From assembly GCF_006345805.1 (NCBI RefSeq), contig NC_043018.1:19840001-19904000 (forward strand): a DNA stretch of 64,000 nt. Direction: 5' to 3'. A program made the position numbers and the translations under genes. The notes beneath the pieces were generated by a model. That model made no database searches. It was not told the DNA's origin and worked only from the letters and a program-made list of their open reading frames with translations. Source of the DNA: Octopus sinensis. Lineage: Eukaryota. Below, piece after piece: positions 23,930-37,616 of this stretch. Each line of letters opens with the position of its first letter. The stretch's first letter is position 1.

Positions 23930-24745
23930 CACGGCTCCTCAAATAGTTTTGTTTACATTGAGGTAGATTACGTATATACCCTTTTACTCATTTCAGCCAT
24001 GCCTCTGCAGTCATACTGGACACCACCGTGGTCTTTCCTCAGTCTGGGGTGTTTCACATCACCACTCCTGTGTGTGCCTTTGCCCCAGCTATTGGTCCAT
24101 AAGGGAGTTTGATTCCACTGCCCTCATCTGTATTTCGTGTTGGGCTGTTGGTTCATCCTGTATTGTGGAGGGAAAGATGTCTAGGTCCCTTTTGAAGACA
24201 TCTGCTTCCACCTTATGCAAATTTCTTAATTTTTATGGCAGGGCATTGAAGATCTGTGGGCCTTTGAACCCTAGGCTATTGCTGTACCGGGTCCTGAATT
24301 TAGATGGAGTGAGTGGTACCTTTGATGTAATACAATGAAAGCTAGTTCTGGCATTTGCATAACACTCAATGTCGAAATCAGGTATTAGCCCTTCTAGAGT
24401 TTTCCACATGTAAATTATTACATATCTGTTGCACCTTTGCTCCAGGGAGTAAAGTTGCAGTTTTCTCAGCCTCTCCCTGCGGCTCATCTGCTGCACTGTT
24501 TCAATCTTTTTAGTGTAGTGGCATTGGACTGCTTCAAGCTCCGCTGTTAGTTTGGCACTATGTGGTCACCATAACTGGGAGCAGCTGTTCAGGCATCTGA
24601 GAACAAAGGTTCTCCACAGGGTCAACATAGTTTCTTAGTCTCTTGACTCGAAAGACCTCAATATCCGTCCTGCCAGTTGTCTACAATTTGCTACCATCTT
24701 GGTAATGTGCATATGAAATGATGCGTCATTGCACAAACTGATCCA
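23930..24745 (-). pseudogene. CR1/L2-group LINE reverse-transcriptase 3' fragment
   Basis: DASFHMHITKMVANCRQLAGRILRSFESRD*ETMLTLWRTFVLRCLNSCSQLW*P...RERLRKLQLYSLEQRCNRYVIIYMWKTLEGL...GPQIFNALP: the CR1-type post-RT motifs (SQLWSP, RLKxLxLYSLE, FNxLP), with stops. Confidence 0.85.
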
Positions 24746-24765
24746 TTTATATATATATATATTAA

Positions 24766-25063
24766 CTAGCAGTATCGCCCGGCGTGGCTCGGGTTTGTAA
24801 GGGAAATAACTATATAAGCATTTTTAGAGAGTTACTTCCCTTATATAAACCGAGCAAAAATCATTAAAAATGCAGAAAAATGATGGTAAATTTTTTTTTA
24901 AATCGTAGACTCATCGTAGACACGCGCTAATACCCAGAAGGGCTCGATATGAATCACGACTATGAGATACCCACTTTTGGTTAAACTGCACTGCAAAATG
25001 TGGGAGTAGTTAGGAATCTAAATCGGAGTAGACAGACACACACACAACTTCATTTATATATAT
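24766..25063 (-). mobile_element. Non-autonomous Helitron, subfamily 1, short copy
   Basis: CTAG at 24766-24769; homologous to 1840-2459. Confidence 0.75.
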
Positions 25064-25270
25064 ATCAATTATTAGTGATGGAAACCATATTAGTAACAAA
25101 TGATAATCTTTATAACCATCGTAACATGAATTTCTTGTTGGAATTAGAATTATCTGCTACAATTTATGTCTCTGCTTTTATGCACCATGGGCCTATATGA
25201 GAACTCTCAAGGCAATATTTGGCATTCTAACAAGACATCCACACATTAAGTTGGATATATATGTGTGTGT

Positions 25271-25585
25271 GGAGGCGCAATGGCCCAGTGGTTAGGGCAG
25301 CGGACTCACGGTCGGAGGGTCGCAGTTTTGATTCCCAGACCGGGCGTTGTGAGTGTTTATTGAGAGAAAACACCTAAAGCTCCATGAGGCTCCGGCAGGG
25401 GGGTGGGGGCGGCGATCCCTGCTGTACTCTTTCACCACAACTTTTCTCACTCTTTCTTCTGTTGACCTGCTCACTTAGCCAGCGGGGTGGCGTCATTTGA
25501 AGGTGCTAAAACAATGCAAAGCGCATTGTGACCAGCGATGTGTAGCAACATCTGATAGCCTGGTCGGTCATGTGATCACGGTGAT
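25271..25585 (+). mobile_element. SINE with family C head and a different 3' body
   Basis: Head matches family C; it diverges after tctttcttctgttg. Confidence 0.7.
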
Positions 25586-25597
25586 ATATATATATAT

Positions 25598-25923
25598 CAT
25601 CATCATCATCACCGTTTAGCGTCCGTTTTCCATGCTAGCATGGGTTGGACGGTTCAACTGGGGTCTGTGAAGCCAGAAGGCTTCATCAGGCCTAGTCAGA
25701 TCTGGCAATGTTTCTACAGCTGGATGCCCTTCCTAACGCCAACCACTCTGTGAATGTAGTGGGTGCTTTTTACGTGCCACCTGCACAGGTGCCAGGCGAG
25801 GCTGGCAACGGCCACGAACGGATGGTGCTTTTTATGTGCCACTGGCACGGGGGCCAGGCGAGGCTGGCAACGAACCGGGGGCCAGGCTAGGCTGGCAACG
25901 GACTGGTGGCCAGGCGAGGCTGG

Positions 25924-25926
<3 letters not shown>
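25598..25926 (-). mobile_element. (GAT)n-tailed retroposon (family F)
   Basis: Minus strand ...ggcgttaggaagggcatccagctgtagaaac...ggacgctaaacg(gtgat)gatgat. Other copies: 12767-12935, 31900-32229, 35880-36085, 44560-44880, 45996-46146, 48392-48645, 54935-55125, 56700-56900, 63316-63450, 63509-63745. Confidence 0.8.
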
Positions 25927-25963
<37 letters not shown>

Positions 25964-26237
25964 GACTGTCAAATTAAGTTGATAACATACTATCCCTTTA
26001 TCGTGCTGCTACTGCATAAATCTCTCTCAGAGATTTAGAAATGTATTATTCCTATTTTCAAAGAATGTTTTGTTCTCTGTTTTCTGTGAAGTTTCACAGG
26101 AAACCAAAAATGAAGAATCATCAATATTTTATAAAAGCTCTCACAGAAAAAAAAACTACAACCAAAGAAAAACACACACAAAAAAAAAAACAAAAGACAA
26201 AAAAAAGTAATAAAGGACCACTGTTTAATTTTTATAG

Positions 26238-26275
<38 letters not shown>

Positions 26276-26769
26276 CTCCCATTTCCAAAAGTTCATCTTT
26301 TACAAAATATTCCTTTCTCCTTCTGGACCGAACGAACGTGTGACATTTTTCCTCCATGATTCTTTACAGAAATTACTGGACCTAAAACTTTGATGATAAG
26401 AAAGAAAAAAAAAAACCCCCAATTTTCTATATTTTTTTGGGAGTTTTATTTTATTTTATTTTATTTTTGCTTTGTTTTGCTGCATCATAAATATCCTATT
26501 TATGTCGTATTATAAGGAGAAGCGAGTAAAATATAAACACAACAACAAAAAAACGGTACGATGTGCTTTAATGAGCTTTACTGTCCATAATAGTTTGTCT
26601 ACAACAAATCAATAATATTGACAATTCTACATCTGTCCCCTAGCTCTATCGGGTTTCATGGCTTTACCCAATGCTGAATTTTTTATTAGTTCCTTTAACT
26701 CTTTTTATCTTTGTGGAACTTCTTCTATCCTCTCTCTTCCTTTCATCTCTCTTGCTCCTGTACCTTCGT

Positions 26770-26900
26770 CTATAGATCTACCAACCTACCTACCTACCTA
26801 CATACCTACCTACCTACCTACCTACCTATTTATCTATCTATCTATCTATTTATCTATCTATATATCTATCTATCTATATATATATCTGTCTATCTATCTA

Positions 26901-26939
<39 letters not shown>

Positions 26940-27037
26940 GCCTATCTATCTAGCTACCTATCTATCTATTTCTTTCTATCTATCTATCTATTTCTTTTAT
27001 CTATCTATCTATTTCTTTCTATCTCTTTGTATTTCTT

Positions 27038-27107
<70 letters not shown>

Positions 27108-27589
27108 CTTTCTATCTATCTATTTATATCTCTCTATGTCTACCTTTTATCTATCTATCTGTCTGTCTGTCTGTCTGCCTGCCTGCCTGTCTATCTAACC
27201 AGCTGACTATGTATCTTTCTGTCTGCCTGTTATTTGTCTGTCTCTCATATCTGTCTGTCTGTCTGATTGCTTGTCTGTTTGTCTTCTATTCCCCCATCTG
27301 TAGCTATCCATCTACCCACCTATCTGCTAGCTCAGTAGGTGTCTATACATCTCTGTGTCTGTATCTATATATATCTGCCTTCATATGCAGATATGCATAT
27401 ACGTCTGTTATATATTTAATCATGTATGTATGTATATATGTATGTATCTGTCTATCTCTCTCTCTCTCCCTCTCTCTGTTTCTCTATCTCTAATCCCTGT
27501 ATCTTCCTACCTATCTACTACATGTGTATGTATATATATATATATTATATATATATATATATTATATATATACATATATAACATATATG

Positions 27590-27621
<32 letters not shown>

Positions 27622-27673
27622 ATGTATATATATATACGTATATATATATTATGTATATACATATATATATATG

Positions 27674-27707
<34 letters not shown>

Positions 27708-27808
27708 TATATTACATACACACATATCTATATATATTTATGTATATATTTACATACACATATATATATATATGTATAATATATATTTATGTATATATTT
27801 ACATACAC

Positions 27809-27865
<57 letters not shown>

Positions 27866-27893
27866 TATATGGTTTTGTCTCTAATTTAATATA

Positions 27894-27924
<31 letters not shown>

Positions 27925-27950
27925 ATATATATATGTGTGTGTGTGTATGT
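26770..27950. repeat. Compound (ACCT)n-(ATCT)n-(GTCT)n then (TA)n microsatellite block
   Basis: Direct reading. Confidence 0.95.
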
Positions 27951-28928
27951 ATCTACTCCTCACCTCTCTCTCTCTCTCTCTCTCTCTATCCATTCTCTCC
28001 CCATTTCTTCACGTACAGCAGGGAAACCTGAAATGATGTTAGAAGCAATGGCAGGCGAAAACAAGATTACTGCCTCATTGCGTTGATATTTTAGTTAAGA
28101 GTTTGGGAGAGAAATTTTATTATCAATCCATTATGTCATAAATAAAATATTCCCGGTGAAGGTAGAAAGGTGTGTTGTTTGCCAAATTCAATCAACTGTG
28201 AAGCAAAATCCATTTTGACTAATATATGCAGTCTGAAATAAAGGTGGCAGGGAAGGAGAAGACAAAATATGGTAAAGCTCTGTTCTCCATATAAAAGATT
28301 GACTATTTTGTATCATATTTCCTTGTGTTGCATGTTATCTTGGGTACAATGAGTCTGTTTTGGTTTTTGTTTGGTCCGTTTATTATTGTTTTGGTGGTGG
28401 TGGTGGTTGTCCATTGCTGTCCTACTTGGCATCAAACTGTGGAGGCATGTGGCTAAGTGGTTAGGACATAGAACTCATAACTGTAAAAAAAGGTTTGTGG
28501 CTTTGGTTCCTAGACTGGGTGATGCGTTTGTGCTTTCGAGAAAAAACCACTCCGTTTCATGTTGCTCCAGCTTGCTCAGCTAAGCAAAAGTGAGTAACCC
28601 TACAGTGGATTGGTGTCCCATCCAGTTGGATAATATGTATGAACCACGGAAGCTGAGAGACCAGCCCTTTGAGTCTACATAACTCAGGAAAGACCCTTCT
28701 CTCTCTCTACTTTATCTACCAGACATTCTGGAACCTCAGTGATCTTTGTTTTTTTCTGATCAGATCTCAAGTCTTCTAGACATGACCTGGTTAGTCTATC
28801 CTGCTATGAAACTGTATGTCAACCATTATAACCCTGACTATTCTCTGTCTTTATTGTGGGACATGCTTTCCAAATTTTTTTGTTTGATGAAACATATATA
28901 TATATATGTTTAACCAAACATATATACA

Positions 28929-29121
28929 TCAGTCACCATGATAGATCGTTAGCCACTACACACATTTTTTCCTCTCCTTGTTTTTTTCTGTGTCCCTTTC
29001 TGTAGAAGAGCTTAGGCTCGAAACGTAAAAGACTTTTTCTATTCCTGAGCGTTATACTAATACATCTGTTTGTTTTGTACACCACCTGTCTTCGTCTTTT
29101 GTTTTTTTCGTAAACTCTCCC
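28929..29121 (+). mobile_element. ~190-bp (TA)n-embedded element with minimal hammerhead-like motif (putative Penelope-like remnant)
   Basis: A second copy lies on the minus strand at 60270-60460. Motif CTTT-CTGTAGA-A-GAGC-NTAG-GCTC-GAAAC-GTA-AAAG. Confidence 0.6.
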
Positions 29122-29370
29122 TATATATATATATATTAGCAGCTAAGCCCAGTTTCACCTGGTTGGTTTGGATGATGTGGCTGTAAAACCTGCTCTGTGT
29201 AAGCCTTTAGCTTGTTTGGGTACACTTATGTTAAAAAACAATTTTAGAATGACATTTTTCTGTCAAAATGCTAAAAACAACTGACCAACAAAAAAGAAAC
29301 CAACTAAGATTAAACCAAATCAAAAAACAAACCCAAATACTAAACAAACAAAGATGAACCATCCCACTGA

Positions 29371-29491
29371 CTTGATCACCGACAAAATTCCATGCTGCAT
29401 TTTGTCAGTGAACAGGTCATGGTCTCAAAGTGATGGAAATATTTTGGTAAATTAAGTTTAAATGTTGAAGTGAATCTAATCGTTTTTGCAT
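29371..29491. mobile_element. Foldback element remnant with deleted centre
   Basis: Homologous to both arms of 48941-49165; runs into the N gap. Confidence 0.7.
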
Positions 29492-29591
29492 NNNNNNNNN
29501 NNNNNNNNNNNNNNNNNNNNNNNNNNNNNNNNNNNNNNNNNNNNNNNNNNNNNNNNNNNNNNNNNNNNNNNNNNNNNNNNNNNNNNNNNNN
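29492..29591. other. Assembly gap (100 N)
   Basis: Run of N. Confidence 1.
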
Positions 29592-30123
29592 AAGGAAAAA
29601 AAAAAACAAAAACAAAAATACCCAAACAAACTAAAAACAGTACAAAAATATAATTTAAACTGATTACTCACCATTTTAGATCTAATTTATACAACTACTA
29701 CTACTACAGATACGTGTGTGTGTTTGTATATATGTGTATATATATATATATATATATAGGTGTGTGTGTGGTGTGTGTGTTATATATATATATTTATATA
29801 TATATATATGCACGCACACACTTAATATATATATGTTATTTATACACACATAATATATATATATATGGGTGTGTATATATATATACATATATATATATAT
29901 ACATACACACAATATATATATATATATATATATGGGTGTGTTTATATAAATATATATATACATACATGCACACACACACACACACACATATATATAATTA
30001 TACATGCACACACACATATACATATGTATATATATATATATGTATATTTGTATATGTATATATGCATCTTTGTGTATATATATGTATGTACGTATGTGTG
30101 TTTGTATATGTGTATGTATATAT

Positions 30124-30164
<41 letters not shown>

Positions 30165-30491
30165 GTGTGTATACATTTGTGTATATATGTATATGTATAT
30201 ATATGCGTATATATATACACACACACACACACACATACATCAATCATCTCCTGCTTTCTCTATGGATATAGAAATACAACCAAAAAAAAAAACACAAGAA
30301 CAAACTCGAACCCAACCCAGCCAGAATTTCCTGCAAATTGTTCCTTCCCCAAAACTGTATTATGTTTATTGCCGTTTTAACAGAGATTGCTGTTTCACTT
30401 GTGTCCGCTTTATTGCAGTTGGAAACATTATGCAAATGTGCATGCAGGTGCATGTATGTGCATATGTGTGTCTGAGAGAGCCTCTGTGTGA

Positions 30492-30536
<45 letters not shown>

Positions 30537-30694
30537 TGTAATTTTACTAATTTCATTTCTCCTATAAACTCAGTTAAATGTCAGATGATATGAGCATTAA
30601 GAATGATCGACATCATTGTCGTCGTTGTCGTTGTTGTTGTTGTTGTCGTCGTCGTCATTATCATCATCATCACTATAATTGGTAATGCCATTGC

Positions 30695-30736
<42 letters not shown>

Positions 30737-30824
30737 GTCTGTTTTACGGCACCAATTTGGGAATAGACAGGTGATCATTACAGAATAACATGTACGTGCC
30801 TGGATGTGTATGTATCCATGGGTA

Positions 30825-31191
30825 CACGAGGGGTTGCTGAAAAGTTCCTGGCTTTAAGGGTGTCGCAAAAGGCCTAGTTGGAGGCCCCAACCTTCTGAGT
30901 TCTTTTACAGCGCTTAGGAAAATTAAAGGACTGCTGCAATAAGTGATTACCATAATGTAATCTCCAGGGATACAGGTATCCAGCAACAAGACCTCCGTAA
31001 TGCCATGATGGATTGTGAAGTCTGGCGTAGCATGGTAAATTCCATTGTCTCAACCATGGTCGAACAATGATGATGATGATGATGATGATGTGTGAAACTG
31101 AGATGGGAATATGTTGGATAAAAATCATAATTAAGTGACCCTCCTGCATTTTCTTTTACCCGAAGCCAGGAACCCTTCGGCACCCCCTCGT
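30825..31191. mobile_element. Mariner-type MITE
   Basis: TIRs cgaggggttgctgaaaagttcctggctt / aagccaggaacccttcggcaccccctcg, near TA dinucleotides. A relative is at 53799-54018. Confidence 0.65.
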
Positions 31192-33495
31192 TATGTATGT
31201 AGTATGTATGTGAGTGCATATATCATCATCGTTTAATATCCGCTTTCCATGCTAGCATGGGTTGGACGGTTCAGCTGGGGTCGAGATACCACCATGCTGA
31301 AAATAGCAGCCATGATCTGACTATAAAACCACCATAATTGTCTATATATCACCACGGAGAGAAAACAAAGAGACAAGATGAAACTAGTAAAAAATTACTG
31401 GATAATTCTAGATCCGGATTTCTGACTTTGCATTTAGTAATGCTTTGCCTCATCAGTAGAATGCACACAGAAGAGAAACATAAATACGTATTTATATAGG
31501 CACAACATACGAATACTTACATATACGAGCGTATACCTACATATATATGCACATATGCATCACAGCCAGTTCAAAATGCCCGCCGTTTAGTTCCATGTGA
31601 AATATGGTCAAAATATCGCTGCAGTAAATACAGTGACGAAATAAATTTAAATTTATATAAATAAATAAGGATGAGATCGTTAATTTAAAAATAAAATAAC
31701 GATTTTATCCAGTGGTCAGCATGGAAAAAATAACCTTCAAAGGTAATAATTATAACAATAGAGAATATGGAAACTGGTACATCCCATCAGAGGTATTTAC
31801 TGTGTGAATGACAACTCCTACTAGTTAAATACTAATTGATGGGGTTAGTCCTAACCTGGAACATAACAGAGCTACCAAAGTATCCACCCAGATAATATAT
31901 CCCTCTAAACTGATATATACATGTAAACAGCACCATCCAAACATGGTCAATGCCAGTGGCCCTTGACTTGCTCCCGTGCCGGTGGCACATAAAATGCACC
32001 ATCCAAACATGGTCAGTGCCAGTGCCCCCTGACTGGCTTCTATGCTGGTGGCATGTAAAAAGCACTCACTACACTCTTGGAGTGGTTAGCGTTAGGAAGG
32101 ACATCCAGCTGTAGAAACCTTGCCAGATCAGATTGGAGCCTGGTGCAGTCTCCTGGCTTGCCAGTCCTCAGTCAAATCGTCCAACCCATGCCAGCATGGA
32201 AAACAGACATTAAACGATGATGATGATGACATAAATAAATAAATAAATAAATAATATATGTGTGTGTGTGTGTGTGTATATATGTATGTATATGTATGTA
32301 TGTATATATATATATATATATATATGAATAAATGAAAGATTGCATAATGCACTCTTTATTCCTTTGGAATGAAAACATGCTGTCTTCGAAACATATGTCG
32401 AGAGTAAAAGAATTTTGTTAACATCTTCGTTCGACTCCATTCTTTCATTTATTCATATACAACACCCAAATTTCTGCACATGAACCCAGAGTTTCTACCC
32501 TTGACAGGTCGCTTCAACCGTGTTTCTGACGTGAATTTGCTACCCAGGTTTTGGTTAAACGAATTTTCTATGCTGACGATAAACATAGGATAATTCATTC
32601 ACCTACTTAAATATATATATATATATATATATGAAGAGAGAGAGAGAGATACTGAGAGAGGGAGATAGATATACTCTATGTTATATCATGCCATACTATG
32701 TAATACTACACTGCTGTACAGTTAGTCTGTTGAGAAAATGTTCTCTTCTGTCTTGGGAGATATTTTAAACCTATTTATAAATGATTGAATACAGTCTCTG
32801 ACCATTTTCACCCTCTTTTAAAAGTTTCATTTCAATAACACCAGACACATTGCGCCTAAAGCCTTCGTTTACCGTTTCAGTTTCTACCGAGAACCGTTTA
32901 TAGCGCCGCTTTGATGTTTTTGTTTCTTCTGTTATTTTCTGTCAGTAGCAGAGATCCAGTCTCGAATTCCTTCAGGCCATCATGTTGTTCCTCTTCTCAT
33001 CAAAGCCTTCTCCTGCTGTTTCTTGATTTTTTTTTTTTTTTGTGTGTGTGTGCATGTATGTATGTGTGTTTTCTTAATTTTATTTTTGCCCTCAACTTTA
33101 TAAAGGGTCTACGGTTTCATTTGACCTCACTGAGGTTACTGTTTCATTCGAATCAATACAAGTTGTTGCTCAAAATTCACGAAATGCCGTCTTATAACCG
33201 AACCGAAAGGAGTCATTGGAACCATTGTTGTTGGCCTAATTTGATCAGACTTGTTTGCCTTGCTGTACGTGAATGGATAATGGTGGCTAACAAGCAAACT
33301 CGTTAGTGTCGGAGTGAATGCTTTGCAGTGTTTGTCCTGATCTTCTCTGCTCAGAGTTTAAACCATGTTGAAGTCAGTTTGGCCTTTCATCAATTACATA
33401 CCAGTCAAGTACTGGAGTTAATGGTAACCAACTAGGTACCTCCCTGAGAAAAGTGTTAGCCTTGTGTCTTAATTAGAAACAAATTCTTCAAGATA

Positions 33496-33910
33496 GGCGC
33501 AGGAGTGGCTGTGTGGTAAGTAGCTTGTTTACCAACCACATGGTTCTGGGTTCAGTCCCACTGCATGGCACCTTGGGCAAGTGTCTTCTACTATAGCCTC
33601 GGGCCGACCAAAGCCTTGTGAGTGGATTTGGTAGACGGAAACTGAAAGAAGCCCGTCGTATGTATGTATATATATATATATATATATGCGTGTGTGTGTT
33701 TGTGTGTCTGTGTTTGTCCCTCTAGCATTGCTTGACAACCGATGCTGCTGTGTTTATGTCCCCGTTACTTAGCGGTTTCAGCAAAAGAGACCGATAGAAT
33801 AAGTACTGGGCTTACAAAAGAATAAGTCTCGGGGTCGAGTTGCTCGATTAAAGGCGGTGCTCCAGCATGGCCGCAGTCAAATGACTGAAACTAATAAAAG
33901 AGTAAAAGAG
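33496..33910 (+). mobile_element. SINE family A, full length
   Basis: Matches consensus. An inverted, headless copy follows at 34065-34388. Confidence 0.9.
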
Positions 33911-35817
33911 TATACCCATTTGGAAGAGTTGTTTGAGCATTGGATAAATTGTTTTGTGGTAATTGTTCCAGTTCTCTTGTGTTCAAATTCCACCAAGGTC
34001 AACTTTACCTTCTGTCTGTTTCAAGGGCAATACATTAAGTACAAGTGCTGTACTGAGGTCTATTCTCTTTCGCTCTTTTACTTGTTTCAGTCATGTGATC
34101 CGTCATGTGACTGTGGCCATGCTGGAGCACCGCCTTTAGTCAAGCAAATCGACCCCAGGACTTATTCTTTGTAAGCCTAATACTCATTCCATCGGTATCT
34201 TATGCCGAACCACTAAGTTACAGGGATGTAAACACACCAGCATCGGTTGTCAAGCGATGTTGGGGAAAGAAACACAGACACACAAACATATACACACACA
34301 TACATATATACGACAGGCTTCTTTCAGTTTCCGTTTACCAAATCCACTCACAAGGCTTTGGTGGGCCCCGAGGCTATAGCAGAAGACAAGGCCAGCAATT
34401 TTGGGGTGTGGAGATAAGTGTTGGTCACATTAACCCCAGTACATGACTGGTACTTATTTTATCGACCCTGAAAGAGGGAAAGGTAAAGTTGACCCCGGCA
34501 GCATTGGAACTCAGAACGTAGAGTCAGAAGAAGTGCCGCTTGGGTTTTTTTTTTTCGTCCAGCACAGTAACAGTTCTTCCAGTTCCTGTTTGCCACCTTG
34601 TGGTATGAAAATATTATGAAACTAAGCTTGAGAATTCATTATCTCTACAGGGAAATTGTTGGCGGTAATTGTAACCGGGGATTAATAACGAACTTGACCC
34701 TTCATCTGACATGCTACAATTTTGTTTCTATTTCTTGTTTTTTTTTTGCGATCTATTTCTTTTTTTTTTTCTGATTTATTTCTTATTTTCTTGTTCCCCC
34801 CTCCCCCTGCTACATGCCCTGCCAATCAAAGCTAGTTTTTTTTTTTTTTTTTTAAGGAAAGCCACTGATATGAAAAAGGAGAAATAACAAGGTTTTTTTC
34901 CGTGTTTTTTTTTTTACGGGTTTTCTTCTTTTTTTTTTTTCGTGCTTTACCCAATTATAAGAAACACGTATTGTTATTTCCTTACAGGGAAATATATTTC
35001 CTCTTTCATTTCGTTACTAGCAACATTTTACAAAGCATCGGCCTTTTCTCAATCCCTAATGAAAGGCACCTTTTGTTTGGCCTTTTTTTTTGTTATTTTC
35101 TTAAACATAACCACCACCCCTACCACTACTACCACTACTACCACTACCACTGCTGCCACCACCAAGAATGTGGACATTTATTACAAATGAAAAGAAGATA
35201 CAAATTGAAATTCTTTAACGAAATGGTAAAGCATAATGGCTGCAATGCTTTTAATGGATTAGACTTTTGCAGCTAGATGTGCATATATATCTGTTAGATG
35301 TGCATATGTATGTTGAATGTGCATATACCTGTTAGATGTGTATGCATCTAATCTTACTCTGGATGTATATATTGGGCGCAGGTTAACAAGCAGAAAAAGA
35401 AAAACAAAAAAAAAGCAAAAAAAAAAGAAGAAAAAAAAAGAAAAAAGGAAGACTGCTGCTGCCGAACTGGCTTTGGTATCCAGTGCCAACATTGCAAAGC
35501 GGATTAATATATTTATTTATCGATGAAAATAATCAAGTGTTTCAATTACTTGTGACATTTCTGCTGTAAGTAATTTCTTAACACACTTGTCTAACTCTTT
35601 TACCAAATCTGTGGCATTTATAAAATTTTATTTCAAGTGATTTCTCTCTTCTTATAGACTCCTTTACTGGCAATGGTTATGGAATGAGGGGGGGGGGAAG
35701 AAAAAAAATAACTATAAATAAACATTAATGTTTGATTTCATTTTCGCTAAGCATTGTGCTAGCTTTCATAGAAAAACCGACGCCATTGATATAACTGTTC
35801 TTTGTCCTACCTGCAGT

Positions 35818-35850
<33 letters not shown>

Positions 35851-36629
35851 GTCATCATCATCATCATCGTCATCATCATCATCATCGTCATCATCATCAT
35901 CATTTAATGTTGATTTTTCCATGCTGGCATGAGTTACATGGCTTGACAGTAACTGGCAAGGCCAAGGGTTGTACCCGGTTCCATAGTCTGTTTCGCCATT
36001 GTTTCTACAACTGGATGCCCTTCCTAATGCCAACCATTTTACAAAGTGGACTGGGTGCTTTGAAGTGGCACCAGCGCCAACATCAATGATTTTGACGTGG
36101 GCACCTTGGTTTTCAAAAAAGCCTTACCGAAACTTAAAGCTTTTAAACAACCTTCATTAAATGTCATTCACTTGTCACAACATACCATTCCTATGTTCTA
36201 GAAATCCGAGACAGTTTCACCTTTTCAAGAAATCTTATACTTAATCATTCCATTTTCCTGTTTACCATTTTATAATGTTTTATTTATATTTGTTTTTCCT
36301 TTCATTATTCTTCGTGTTTTTATATAAAATGTTTCACAGAGAGCTACGAAAGACTAACAGTTGGAAGGCAATGATCCATTAGCTAACAGGATGATATCTT
36401 CATTGTATGATACTTATGGCCAAGACATCAACCTTTCAATGACTAAATCCACATAGCTCGAATTTGTTGTTGTTTAACCCCACAACCACAAACCAATCCT
36501 GATTAATGGCATTCCTGCCAGGACTATTTTCTTTTCTAGGTGTATCTAGGACTACATTATTTTTTGTGTCTTTTCTCTAAATTGAAGATCAGGGGTACAC
36601 ATGTCTGTGGGGTTCTCTAAATTGTAGAT

Positions 36630-36876
36630 CAGGGGTCCTCAACAGGATTTCATATGACCTTTAGGGTCCCATATAAGATTTTGCTGTTAAAATTTATCTG
36701 CAATAAACTACTTATCGTTCTACTATACACAAAATATTTTAACAATTTTTTTTTATGCAATTCCTAATAATATTCAATTATAGAAATGTAATAGGATTTT
36801 TGAAACATTGAATGGTTATAAGGGCCCACCTGAATAAAATACAGACCAAAAGTTAAAAAATGGTTGAGAAACACTG
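36630..36876. mobile_element. hAT (Charlie-like) MITE
   Basis: TIRs CAGGGGTCCTCAAC / GTTGAGAAACACTG; 8-bp TSD-like ttgtagat / ctgtagac. Confidence 0.75.
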
Positions 36877-36987
36877 CTGTAGACCAGAGACCGTTCTTTG
36901 CTGGGAATCCGTGTATATTGAAACCTCATTCATGTGTATTAGAGCTGAAGGATCTCAACTCTATATCTATATATATATATCTATATA

Positions 36988-37275
36988 TAATAATAAATAT
37001 TAGGGAATAAATCCAAATTTACAGGGAAAATCAGATTTAGGATTGAATCCAATTTTATAGTAAAATAATATATAATATTAATTAGAGACAAAACCACTAT
37101 TTTGCAAATCAAACAAAGAAAGACTTAATCCAATACATTAAAAAATTTTAATATAAATTAAATAAAATTATATAATTTTATTTAATTTATATTAAAATTT
37201 TTTTATGTATTGGATTAAGTCTTTCTTTGTTTGATTTGCAAAATAGTGGTTTTGTTTCTAATTAATATTATATAT
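36988..37275. mobile_element. Putative Penelope-like fragment ending in a 208-bp palindrome (37068-37275)
   Basis: 104-bp arms, 2 mismatches, no loop; same family as 3945-4110. Confidence 0.55.
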
Positions 37276-37276
37276 C

Positions 37277-37311
<35 letters not shown>

Positions 37312-37325
37312 CAAGATCTGTATGT

Positions 37326-37367
<42 letters not shown>

Positions 37368-37378
37368 ACACATACATA

Positions 37379-37616
37379 CAGAGTGGCCCAAAAGTAGGTT
37401 TACAGTTATCATGTAGGCACTTTAAATTTCTTTCAAATCATTTTTATTACATTTGAATTTCTATCTTACAAACTGAAAAGGGAGCTTGACAAAATTAACT
37501 ACAAATTAGCATAGAATAATGGTTTCATATTTTTGTATAATTAAGATCTAAACTGTCAATGTATGAATGCGAAAGAAATTTTTGAACAACTGTAAACCTA
37601 CTTTTGGACCACCCTC
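37379..37616. mobile_element. Tc1/mariner-type MITE
   Basis: TIRs cagagtggcccaaaagtaggtttacagtt / aactgtaaacctacttttggaccaccct, with TA at the left end. Confidence 0.75.

Noticed and set aside
32333-32410. CGAAAC-ATAT-GTC with preceding GAAAACA/TGTCTTC stem next to (TA)n
   Set aside because: Looks like a hammerhead 3' half, but no CUGANGA can be placed; too degenerate to call.
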